The position numbers were made by a program, and so were the translations under genes. Below are positions 9,615 through 20,402 of a stretch of DNA of 64,000 nucleotides, one piece after another. The DNA is from Dehalococcoidia bacterium (GTDB lineage Bacteria > Chloroflexota > Dehalococcoidia > UBA2979): the NCBI GenBank assembly GCA_964291495.2, contig OZ219872.1, positions 352,001 to 416,000 of the forward strand, read 5' to 3'. The first letter of the stretch is position 1, and every line of letters starts with the position of its first letter. The notes beneath the pieces are model-generated. The model searched no databases and had not been told where the DNA came from. It saw only the letters and a list, made by a program, of their open reading frames with translations.

Positions 9615-10643
9615 TTACGAGTACCGGATGCGCGGATCGATCAGCCCGTAGGTGAGATCGACCACGAGGTTCACAAGGACGAAGACGACCGCCATGAGCA
9701 GCACCGTCGCCTGGACGACCGGATAGTCGCTGATCCGGACCGAATCGAGCGTGAGCCGGCCGAGGCCCGGAAGGCGGAAGATCTGCTCCACGATCACGGT
9801 GCCGCCGAAGACGAAGGCGATCTGGCCGGCCATGATCGTGAGCACGGGAATCACGGCGTTGCGCAGCGCGTGCTTGAGGATCACGGGGCGCTCGGCGAGG
9901 CCCTTGGCGCGCGCGGTGCGCACGTAATCCTCGCGCAGCACCTCCAGCATCGTCGAGCGCATCATGCGGGCGCTGATCGCCGAGAGCCGGTAGCCGATGA
10001 TCAGCGCGGGGAGGATCAGCGCCTGTAGGTTCGTCCACGGATCATCGAAGATCGGCACGTAGAGCGGCGGCAGCCAGGGCTGCAGCGCCCCGAACGTCAC
10101 TTCGTCGATGTAGACGGTGAGAAACAGCACCAGCAGCGTGCCCCAGACGAAGTCCGGGACCGAGAGCCCGAAGATCGTGAACAGCCTCGCGCCGTAGTCG
10201 ATCGGGCGGTCCTGGTTCACCGCCGAGATGATCCCCAGCGGCACGGCCAGCGCGGGCGCCAGCAAGACCGCCAGCAGCACGAGCTCCATGCTCAGCGGCA
10301 ACCGCTCCTTGACCAGATCGTTGATCGAGTTGTGCGTACGCAGCGAATCGCCGAGGTCGCCCCTCAGCAGCCCGCCGCCCTCGCAGCCGCCGAGCCCGGG
10401 CAGCCCGTTGAAGGCGTCGCCCAGCGCCCAACACTTGTACTGGTGGGGCCACGAGCGATCGAGGCCCAACTGGGCCCGCCGCTCGTCCAGCCGTTCCTGG
10501 TCGAGCACGCCGCCGCCGTCGGCGATCGCCATCTTCGTGACCGCGTCGCCCGGGATCAGCCGCATCAGGCTGAACACGATCACGGTGACGAAGAAGACTG
10601 TCGGGATCGCCGCGAGCAGGCGCTTGATGATGTATTGCGTCAT
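9615..10643 (-). CDS. ABC transporter permease (DppB/OppB-like)
   Basis: MTQYIIKRLL, PGD, DYVRTARAKGL, HALRNA, PGLG. Confidence 0.92.
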   Translation of the reverse strand: MTQYIIKRLLAAIPTVFFVTVIVFSLMRLIPGDAVTKMAIADGGGVLDQERLDERRAQLGLDRSWPHQYKCWALGDAFNGLPGLGGCEGGGLLRGDLGDSLRTHNSINDLVKERLPLSMELVLLAVLLAPALAVPLGIISAVNQDRPIDYGARLFTIFGLSVPDFVWGTLLVLFLTVYIDEVTFGALQPWLPPLYVPIFDDPWTNLQALILPALIIGYRLSAISARMMRSTMLEVLREDYVRTARAKGLAERPVILKHALRNAVIPVLTIMAGQIAFVFGGTVIVEQIFRLPGLGRLTLDSVRISDYPVVQATVLLMAVVFVLVNLVVDLTYGLIDPRIRYS

Positions 10644-10761
10644 GCCATTCCGCGCCCAGCTCTCACCGGCGTACGTGCACGCCGGCGGGCGTGTCTTGCA
10701 GCGTCGGGGAGTCTCGCAATGGGCGGGGTGGATGTCAATCGCCGCGCCAGAGAACGCACGG

Positions 10762-11427
10762 CTACTCGACGCGCTGACGGTGCGCCAGGGCGCGCTCGAG
10801 CGTGACGTTGTCGGCATACTCGAGGTCCGCCCCGGCCGGCAGGCCGCGCGCGAGGCGCGTGACGCGCACCCCCAGCGGCTCGATCAACCTCGCGAGGTAC
10901 ATCGCCGTCGCCTCACCCTCGAGGTTCGGGTTCGTGGCGACGATCACCTCGAACACGGGCACGGTCGTCGAGGCGTCCGGCTCCTCCCCGCCCTCGTCCG
11001 CCGCCGGGTCCGCGCCGTCGAGCCGGCGCAGCAACTCGCGGATCCGCAAGTCCTCGGGGCCAACGCCGTCGGCCGGCGAGATCACGCCGTGCAGCACGTG
11101 GTAGAGCCCGTGGTATCCCTGCGTGCGCTCGATCGCCACGAGGTCCAGCGGCTCCTCGACCACGCAGATCACGCTGCGGTCGCGCTGCCCGTCGAGGCAG
11201 ATCGGGCACGGGTCGTCGTCGCTGATCTGCTGGCAGCGCGAGCAGAAGACCGTACGCTCCTTCACCTCGATCAGCGCCTCGGCGAGGTCCCGTGCCTCGC
11301 CCGTGGGTGAGCGCAGCACGTGGTAGGCGAGGCGCTGCGCCGACTTCGGGCCGATGCCCGGCAGCCGCCGGAACGCCTCGACCAGGCGCGAGATCGAGGA
11401 GCCCGTGTCGCCATCGCGCAGCGTCAC
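10762..11427 (-). CDS. recR: Recombination mediator RecR
   Basis: LPGIGPKSAQRLAY, CSRC..CPIC, TOPRIM ICVVE, NPNLEGEAT, RLARGLP; GTG start with GGAG SD (start approximate). Confidence 0.95.
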   Translation of the reverse strand: MTLRDGDTGSSISRLVEAFRRLPGIGPKSAQRLAYHVLRSPTGEARDLAEALIEVKERTVFCSRCQQISDDDPCPICLDGQRDRSVICVVEEPLDLVAIERTQGYHGLYHVLHGVISPADGVGPEDLRIRELLRRLDGADPAADEGGEEPDASTTVPVFEVIVATNPNLEGEATAMYLARLIEPLGVRVTRLARGLPAGADLEYADNVTLERALAHRQRVE

Positions 11428-11497
11428 GATCGGCGCTCCCGGAGGGAGTGCGCCTTCGTGCGCAACGGGTGGTCCAGGGGGCGCCGCACGTTCGCCG

Positions 11498-13276
11498 TCA
11501 GTCCTCGATCGGGACCGCGCCGAGCTTGCGCGCCTCCTCGAAGAGGTGGCCGCCGCGCTCGGCGGGCGGGGCTGCGGGCGGTGGCCCGGCAGGAGGCGGC
11601 GCGCCGCCCGGCGGTCCCGCGGGCGGCGCCGAAGCAGCAGGGGCGGCGGCGCGCGGCGGGGCGGCGCTCTGCAGCGCGTCCCAGACCACCGGCACGACTT
11701 TGACCTCGCGGCCCGCGACGCCCCCGACGGCAGAGCGCATCGCCTCGAGCACAGCCGGATCGCCGAGCGCCTTCTCGACCAGGAACTGCGACTGGAAGCC
11801 GATCTCCACCGTGTCGCCCTCGAAGCTCTTGATGTAGCAGCGCGAGTTGAGCAGCGCGCCTGCCGTCTGGTGCGCGGCGCGCGCGCCATCCCGGATCTCG
11901 GCGTGGCGCTCGCGCAGCGCGACGAGCTCCGGCGAGGCGTCCTCGCCCTCGGGCAGCACCGGCGGCGGCGGCCCGCGGCGGGCAGGCGTCGTGGTGCGCT
12001 GGGCGGCCGCAGGCGCCGGCTCGGTGCGCGGCTGCGGCGGGCGTGGCCCGCGAGGCGCGGCCTGCTGCTGTCCGCCTCGCGGCTGGCGCTGTGCCCGCTC
12101 GCGGCGCGGGGCCGCCTCGCGGCGTCCTTGCGCGGAAGGCTGCTGCGCCGGCTGCGGTGCGGGAGGGGCCTCGGACGCCGCGAGGGCGTCCCCCTCCGCC
12201 GGCAGCCCGACGGCGAGCGAGGCGAAGGCGATCTCCGCCGGCAGCGCGTCGTAGGCGTCGCCCGCGAAATCGATCTCACCAAGGGCGCGGAGCGCGGCGA
12301 CGATGTCCGCCGCCTGCGTCTCCTCGACGATCGGCCGCAGCTCGGCGAGCTGGGCGTCGGACAGGCCCAGCTCCTCGTTCCCGCCCGCGCGCAGCAGCAG
12401 CACCGTGCGCAGCGTCTGCACCACCTCGCGGACGAACGCCCGCACCTCGATGCCGTCGTCGCGCACCGAGGCGAGCAGTGCGAGGCCGGCGGGCAGGTTG
12501 CGGCCGACCGCCGCGCGGGCGAGCGCCGTCGCGCGATCGTCGACGACGAGCCCGAGGCCGCGCTGCACCGCCTCGAGGTCCAGCTCGCTACCGTGGTAGG
12601 CGGCGAGCTGGTCGAGCAGGTTGACGGCGTCGCGGAAGGAGCCTCCGGCCTGCCGGGCGATCAGCTCCGGGCCGCCCTCGGCGACGCTGATGCCCTCGCC
12701 TCCGGCGATCACGGCGATGCGCTCGACGAGTGCGGGCATCGAGGCGCGGCGGAAGTCGAAGCGCTGGCAGCGCGAGCTGATCGTCGGCGGGATGCGGTGC
12801 GGCGCGGTGGTGGCGAGCACGAAGATGACGTGGGCCGGCGGCTCCTCGAGGGTCTTGAGCAGCGCGTTGAAGGCCGCGTCGGTCAGCATGTGGACCTCGT
12901 CCACGAGGTAGACCTTGTACGCGCCCGCGTTGGGCGCGTAGCCGACGCTCTCGCGCAGCGCGCGCACCTCGTCGATGCCGCGGTTGGAGGCCGCGTCCAG
13001 CTCGATCAGGTCCAGGGCACGGCCCTCGTTGAAGGCGAGGCAGGAGGTGCAGGCGTTGTCCGGCTCGCCGTCGCGAGGGGCCTCGCAGTTCACGGCCTTG
13101 GCGAGGATGCGCCCGGTGCTGGTCTTGCCGGTGCCGCGAGGGCCGGTGAAGAGGTAGGCGTGGGCGGGCGAGCCGGCGGCGACCGCGTTGCGCAGCGTGG
13201 TGGTGATCGGGTCTTGTCCGGCGACCTCGGCGAAGCCGCCGGGGCGCCACTTGCGGTAGAGGACTTCCTGGCTCAC
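11498..13276 (-). CDS. dnaX: DNA polymerase III subunit gamma/tau
   Basis: LYRKWRP, GPRGTGKT, DAASNRG, DEVHML, LLKTLEEPP, SRC; long Pro/Ala linker. Confidence 0.95.
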   Translation of the reverse strand: MSQEVLYRKWRPGGFAEVAGQDPITTTLRNAVAAGSPAHAYLFTGPRGTGKTSTGRILAKAVNCEAPRDGEPDNACTSCLAFNEGRALDLIELDAASNRGIDEVRALRESVGYAPNAGAYKVYLVDEVHMLTDAAFNALLKTLEEPPAHVIFVLATTAPHRIPPTISSRCQRFDFRRASMPALVERIAVIAGGEGISVAEGGPELIARQAGGSFRDAVNLLDQLAAYHGSELDLEAVQRGLGLVVDDRATALARAAVGRNLPAGLALLASVRDDGIEVRAFVREVVQTLRTVLLLRAGGNEELGLSDAQLAELRPIVEETQAADIVAALRALGEIDFAGDAYDALPAEIAFASLAVGLPAEGDALAASEAPPAPQPAQQPSAQGRREAAPRRERAQRQPRGGQQQAAPRGPRPPQPRTEPAPAAAQRTTTPARRGPPPPVLPEGEDASPELVALRERHAEIRDGARAAHQTAGALLNSRCYIKSFEGDTVEIGFQSQFLVEKALGDPAVLEAMRSAVGGVAGREVKVVPVVWDALQSAAPPRAAAPAASAPPAGPPGGAPPPAGPPPAAPPAERGGHLFEEARKLGAVPIED

Positions 13277-13414
13277 CGACACCCCATGGCCCGGCCGGGG
13301 GGACTCGGCCGTCGCCGCCCGGCCAGTGTACCAGCGCGGCGGACCGGCAGCCGCTTGCCCTCGAGGGCGTCCCACTCCACGGCGCGCAAGTGCGGCCGCC
13401 TGTACCCTCGACCC

Positions 13415-13927
13415 GTGGGCTACGAGATCTCGATCGAGCTGGACGGCGCGGCGCGCGACCTGGACGCGCGGCCCGTGCGCGTGATGATCCGGCGCGCCCT
13501 CGCCGGCGAGGGTGTCGCAGACGCCGCCGTCGCGCTGCTCTTCGCCGGGGACGAGTTGCTGCTGCGGCTCAACCGCGAGCACCGCGGCATCGAGGACTTC
13601 ACGGACGTGCTCGCCTTCCCCGCCGAGGAGGGCGAGACGGCCCCTCGCGACGACTTCCGGGGCGACGGTCCCGAGGGCGACGACGAGCCGCCGCCGTTCC
13701 TCGGCGACATCGCCGTCTCCACACCCGCGGTGCGCCGCCAGGCCGAGGACGCCGGCCTCGCCTTCGAGACGGAGCTGCACCACGTCGTGCTGCACGGCCT
13801 GCTGCACCTGCTCGGCTACGACCACGACGCCGCGGAAGGCGCGGTGGCGATGCGCGAGCGCGAGGAGGCCGTGCTCGGCGGCGAGATCCACGCCGCAGGC
13901 GGCGGCCACGGGACGCACGGAGACTGA
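13415..13927 (+). CDS. ybeY: Endoribonuclease YbeY
   Basis: LNREHRG..TDVLAFP, LGDI, HGLLHLLGYDH metal motif. Confidence 0.93.
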   Translation: MGYEISIELDGAARDLDARPVRVMIRRALAGEGVADAAVALLFAGDELLLRLNREHRGIEDFTDVLAFPAEEGETAPRDDFRGDGPEGDDEPPPFLGDIAVSTPAVRRQAEDAGLAFETELHHVVLHGLLHLLGYDHDAAEGAVAMREREEAVLGGEIHAAGGGHGTHGD

Positions 13928-14015
13928 CGGGGTCTGCGCTCGCCGGTCTCGAGGGCGCCTCGTAGCTCCGTGCCGCGAGTGGCTCGGACGGGCTCGCGCT
14001 GGCGCGCGGCCCGGA

Positions 14016-14337
14016 CCCACCCACCCGCCCCGGATTCCTTCTGATGTGGGGGGGCTGCGCCCCCCACGCCCCCGCCGGATCTGCAGGCAACCGCAGGAGC
14101 GGCGCCAAGCGCGCCTCTTCGTGCGAAACGCGCCCCACGGACCTGGGTTGATCGGCACCTCCGGCCCCCTCTCCCCTCGCGGGAGAGGGCGGGGGTGAGG
14201 GGGCGCCGCGCGCCAGCGCGGCTACTCGAGGCGCCTGATCTCCGGGCAGTATGAGGGTGCGCCGCGCATCGTGGTGCTGGAGACCATGGAAAGCTGCGCC
14301 CTCCAGACCCCAGGAAGACCGAGGGCGGGTGGGTGGG
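14016..14337. repeat. Composite palindromic intergenic element (MITE/REP-like) with 15-bp inverted ends
   Basis: CCCACCCACCCGCCC (14016-14030) is the reverse complement of 14323-14337; internal GGGGGCTGCGCCCCC palindrome and a copy of the repeat below. Confidence 0.7.
14165..14203 (-). repeat. REP-like hairpin repeat CCCCCTCACCCCCGCCCTCTCCC-N-GGGAGAGGG, copy 1
   Basis: Reverse complement nearly identical to 42441-42476 and 49313-49346. Confidence 0.85.
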
Positions 14338-14419
14338 CCAGGGCCGCCCTGCGGGGTATCCCCGCGTCAAGGGCAGCACGGCGCGCGTGCTCGTCCGGGA
14401 TGGGGCGTGGGAGGCCTCG

Positions 14420-15895
14420 CTACGGCGTGGCGATGACCAGCGTCTCGGCGGCGCGCTGGGCCGCGTCGAGGAGCGGGTTGGGGACCAGGCCGAAGAACAG
14501 CACCGCGAGGGCGGCGAGGCCGAGCACCGCCTGCACGGGCGTGCTCGCGTGGAAGGGCGCCTCGTCCTCGGGCTCGTCGAGCACCATCGTGCGCACCCAG
14601 CGCAGGTAGTAGAACGCCGAGACGGCCGAGTTGAGCACGGCGATCACGACAAGCCAGACCAGCCAATCGTGCCCGGACTGGACCGCGCTGTTGAAGACGT
14701 ACAGCTTTGCGAGGAAGCCCGCGGCCGGCGGGATGCCCGTCAGCGAGAGCAGGCACAGCACCAGCACCGCGGCGACCAGCGGCGATCGCTTCATCAGGCC
14801 GGCGTAGCCGCTCACGTCCTCGACGCCGACCCGCTCGGCGACGACGATCACGCAGAGGAACGCCCCCACGTTCGTCGCCGCGTAGGCCCCGAGGAAGAAG
14901 AGCACCGCCGAGGGACCGGCGACGCTCCCGGCGGCCACCGCGGCGAGCCCGACCGCGATGTTGCCCGCCTGTGCGATCGAGGAGTAGGCGAGCAGCCGCT
15001 TCACGTTCGTCTGCAGGATCGCGGCGGCGTTGCCGAAGCACATCGAGGCCGCCGCCAGCACGGCGATCAACGCCGCCCAGTGCTCGGCGATGAAGGTGTC
15101 GCCCCCTCCGAGGCCGCCGTAGAAGATGCGCAGCGCCACCGCGAACCCCGCCGCTTTCGAGGCGACCGAGAGGAAGGTGGTGACGGTCGTCGGGGAGCCC
15201 TCGTAGACATCGGGCACCCACGCCTGGAAGGGCGCGATCGACATCTTGAAGCCGAGACCCGCCGCGACCAGCACGAAGCCGAGCACGAGCGCGAGCTGCG
15301 TCCCGTCCGACCCCGTCTGCACGAAGGCGGCGATGCCCTCGAGGGAGGTCGTCCCGGAGAGCCCGAACAGGAAGGCGAAGCCGTAGAGCAGCACGGCGGC
15401 GGCGACGGCGCCGCTCAGCAGGTACTTGATGCCCGCCTCGGAGGAGCGGTCGTCGCGGGCGATGCCGGCCAGCACGAACTGCGCGATCGAGGTGGTCTCG
15501 AGGGCGATGAAGATCGCGATCAGGTCGTTGGACTGCGCGAGCAGGACCATCGCGCCCGTCGCCGTCAGCAGCAGGGCGAAGAACTCGGGGCGGTGCTGGA
15601 CGCGCGCGAGGCCCTCGGAGGTGGCGATCACGACCGCGAGCGCGACGCCGATCAGCAGGAAGGCAAAGAACAGCGCGAAGCGGTCGACGACGACCGCGCC
15701 CGCGAGCGCGGGGCCGTCGATGCCGGAGACGGCCTGCACGATCGCCCAGACGCCCGCCGCGACCAGCACGAGGATGGTGATCGCGACGACGGGCGCGCGG
15801 CGCGGCGCGATCAGGTCGGCGGTCATCACGATGCCCGCGCCGAGCAGCAGCGCGAAGGCCGGGCCAATGTGGTGGATCTGCTCGTACCAGTTCAT
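14420..15895 (-). CDS. nuoN: NADH-quinone oxidoreductase subunit N
   Basis: FIALE, EAGIKY, GFKMSIAPFQAWVPDVYEG, KRLLAYSSI, GIPPAAGFLAK. Confidence 0.93.
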   Translation of the reverse strand: MNWYEQIHHIGPAFALLLGAGIVMTADLIAPRRAPVVAITILVLVAAGVWAIVQAVSGIDGPALAGAVVVDRFALFFAFLLIGVALAVVIATSEGLARVQHRPEFFALLLTATGAMVLLAQSNDLIAIFIALETTSIAQFVLAGIARDDRSSEAGIKYLLSGAVAAAVLLYGFAFLFGLSGTTSLEGIAAFVQTGSDGTQLALVLGFVLVAAGLGFKMSIAPFQAWVPDVYEGSPTTVTTFLSVASKAAGFAVALRIFYGGLGGGDTFIAEHWAALIAVLAAASMCFGNAAAILQTNVKRLLAYSSIAQAGNIAVGLAAVAAGSVAGPSAVLFFLGAYAATNVGAFLCVIVVAERVGVEDVSGYAGLMKRSPLVAAVLVLCLLSLTGIPPAAGFLAKLYVFNSAVQSGHDWLVWLVVIAVLNSAVSAFYYLRWVRTMVLDEPEDEAPFHASTPVQAVLGLAALAVLFFGLVPNPLLDAAQRAAETLVIATP

Positions 15896-17363
15896 GCGGC
15901 CGCCTGCACGATCAGCGCGATCGGCTCGATGCCGATCTCGACCACGTCGGTAAGCAGTCGCGGGTAGACGCCGACGCCGATGATGAAGACCAGCATCGCG
16001 GCCATCGCGGCGAGCTCGTACCACTCGGTCGCGTCGCCGAGGCCGGACCAGCGCTCGTCGGCGGGGCCGGTGAAGACGCGCTGCACGGCCCAGAGGATGT
16101 AGCCCGCGGCCAGCACCACGCCGAAGACGGAGATGATCGTCGCCGCCGGGTGCACCTGGAGCGATCCGGCGAAGACGGCGAACTCGGCGACGAACCCGCT
16201 CAGTGCGGGCAGGCCGAGCGCGGCGAAGCCCGCGATGATCGCGACGAGGCCGAGGAGCGGCATCTGGTGCAGCAGCCCGCTCATGTCGGAGATCTGGCGC
16301 GTGTGCGTGCGGTCGTACATCACGCCGACGACGATGAAGAGCAGGCCGGTGATGACGCCGTGCGAGAACATCTGCAACGCCGCGCCAGAAAGCCCGGCCG
16401 CCCCCATCGCGGAGACGCCAAGCAGCACGTAGCCCATATGCGAGACCGAGGAGTAGGCGACGAGTCGCTTCAGATCGCGCTGCTGGAGCGTCAGGATCGC
16501 GCCGTAGATCACGGAGAAGGCGGCGATCGCCGCGAGGATCACCCGGAAGTCCTGCGCCTCGCCCGGAAGGATCGGCAGCACGATCCGCAGGATGCCGTAG
16601 CCGCCCATCTTCAGCAGCACGCCGGCCAGCATCACCGAGACCGCCGTCGGCGCGTCGGTGTGGGCGTCGGGCAGCCAGGTGTGCACCGGGAAGACCGGCA
16701 GCTTGACGAGGAAGGCGGCGATGATCAGCCAGAACACGATGCTCAGCGGGACCAGCGCCTCCGTCGGCGGATTGGCGGTGAGCGTGGCGATGTCGAACGT
16801 CCCCGCCTGGAGGCCAAGCACGAGGAACCCGGCGAGCATCAGCGCGGAGCCGGCCATCGTGAACAGCAGGAACTTCATCGCGCTGTAGCGCGGCCGCCCG
16901 CTGCCCCAGATGCTGATCAGCATGTACATCGGGAGCAGCTCCAGCTCCCAGAAGAAGAAGAACTGGATCAGGTCGAGCGAGGTGAAGACCCCGGCGACGG
17001 CGGTCTCCAGCAGCAGCAGCCAGGCGAAGTACTCCTTGACCCGCAGGTCGATGCGCCAGGAGACCAGCACCGAGGCCAGCCCGAGCAGCCCCGTGAGCAG
17101 CACCAGCGGCGCCGAGAGGCCGTCCACGCCGAGCACGTACTGCACCGCGAACCCGGTGTCGCCCGCACGGATCCACTCGAAGTGGTCGACCATCTGGTAG
17201 CCCTCGGCGGCGTGGTCGAGGCGGGCGAAGATCACGATGCCGACGATGAAGGTGATCGTGCTGAAGAAGAGCGCGATCCAGCGCGCGTCGGCCGTGCGGT
17301 GGCGCGGCAGCGTCGCGATCAGCAGGGCCCCGACGGCCGGCAGGAAGACGAAGACCGACAGCA

Positions 17364-17364
<1 letters not shown>
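15892..17364 (-). CDS. nuoM: NADH-quinone oxidoreductase subunit M
   Basis: GVDGLS, FFFFWE, KLPVFPVHTWLPDAHTDAPT, LLKMGGYG, SHG. Confidence 0.95.
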
Positions 17365-19319
<1,955 letters not shown>

Positions 19320-19365
19320 CAGACCTCGCCAGCGTCCCTTCGGCTGCGCTGTGTACGCATCGCCG

Positions 19366-19554
19366 CTAGATCTTGTTCAGCACTTCGCGGGCGACGTGGG
19401 TCTTTCCGTCGGGCGCCCAGATTTCGCGCGGCGCGGACATCGGGCCGACCTCGAGGGGCGGCACGATGCGCACGGAGACGGCTTCCGTATTGAACAGCTC
19501 CCACCACATGGCGGCGGCGTAGCCGTCGGGCGCATCCATGAACTTGACCCACAT
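19366..19554 (-). CDS. Small hypothetical protein inside the nuo operon (DUF2007-like pattern)
   Basis: 62 aa with an AAGGGG SD; A..W.ELF..E.V.V and EIW.P....A.EVL pattern; fills the nuoK-nuoL gap on the same strand. Confidence 0.7.
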   Translation of the reverse strand: MWVKFMDAPDGYAAAMWWELFNTEAVSVRIVPPLEVGPMSAPREIWAPDGKTHVAREVLNKI

Positions 19555-19563
19555 ACGCGCCCC

Positions 19564-19890
19564 TTACCAGCGCATCAGGTTGATGCGATCGAGGTCGACC
19601 GTCTCGCGCCGCCGGTAGATCAGCACCGCCATTGCCAGCGCGACTGCGGCCTCGGCCGCCGCGACGGTGAGCACGAAGACGACGAAGACGTGACCGGCCA
19701 GCGGCGCCTCGGCGCCGTCGAACGCGCCGCCGAAGCGCGAGAAGGCGAGGAAAGTGAGGTTGACGCCGTTGAGCATCAGCTCGACACCCATGAGGACGGC
19801 GATCGCGTTGCGCTTGGAGAGCGCGATCGCGATGCCGGCGCCGAAGATCATCGCGCCGACGGTCAGGTAGTGGGCCAGCTCGACGCTCAT
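19564..19890 (-). CDS. nuoK: NADH-quinone oxidoreductase subunit K
   Basis: RNAIAVLMGVELMLNGVNL, AAAEAAVALA. Confidence 0.95.
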   Translation of the reverse strand: MSVELAHYLTVGAMIFGAGIAIALSKRNAIAVLMGVELMLNGVNLTFLAFSRFGGAFDGAEAPLAGHVFVVFVLTVAAAEAAVALAMAVLIYRRRETVDLDRINLMRW

Positions 19891-20402
19891 GCCGGCTCGT
19901 CCTCTCGCACCAGCACGATCGCGCCGATCAGCGCGGCGAGCAGCAGCACAGAGGCGACCTCGAAGGCCAGCACGTAGCGCCCCATCAGCGCGTCGCCGAT
20001 CGCGTCAGCCGTGGTCGCGAACGACTGGCCGGCGAGCGCGGCGCTGCCGAGCGCGCCCCAGTCGGCATCGATCGCCACGATCGCCACGATCACGGCGAAG
20101 GCGCCGCCGAGCAGCACGCCGGGCACGACGTAGAGCGAGTTGCCGTTGTCGCGCCCCGCGAGCGGGGTGAGCATCACGGCGAAGACCATCAGCACGGGAA
20201 TCGCGCCGGCGTAGATGAGCACCTGCGCGACGGCGATGAAGTCCGCGGAGAGCGTGACGAAGAGGCCCGCGGTCGCGACAAAGGAGAGCACGAGCAGCGC
20301 GACGGCGTGGATCAGGTTCCTCGCGAGGAAGACGCCGACGGCGGAGCCGACCGCGATCGCGGAGAGCAGCCAGAAGGCGACGATGATGCCGGCGGAGTCC
20401 AT
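19887..20402 (-). CDS. nuoJ: NADH-quinone oxidoreductase subunit J
   Basis: ADFIAVAQVLIYAGAI, FEVASVLLLAALIGA. Confidence 0.93.
   Translation of the reverse strand: MDSAGIIVAFWLLSAIAVGSAVGVFLARNLIHAVALLVLSFVATAGLFVTLSADFIAVAQVLIYAGAIPVLMVFAVMLTPLAGRDNGNSLYVVPGVLLGGAFAVIVAIVAIDADWGALGSAALAGQSFATTADAIGDALMGRYVLAFEVASVLLLAALIGAIVLVREDEPA

Noticed and set aside
13277-13414. SRP RNA (ffs) or tRNA upstream of dnaX; ybaB between dnaX and recR
   Set aside because: No SRP domain IV motif or cloverleaf is visible, and the 70-bp dnaX-recR gap cannot hold ybaB.
14420-17176. 918-aa ORF suggesting a NuoM-NuoN fusion
   Set aside because: The upstream half is an off-frame shadow of nuoM; nuoN starts at its own ATG (15895) overlapping the nuoM stop.
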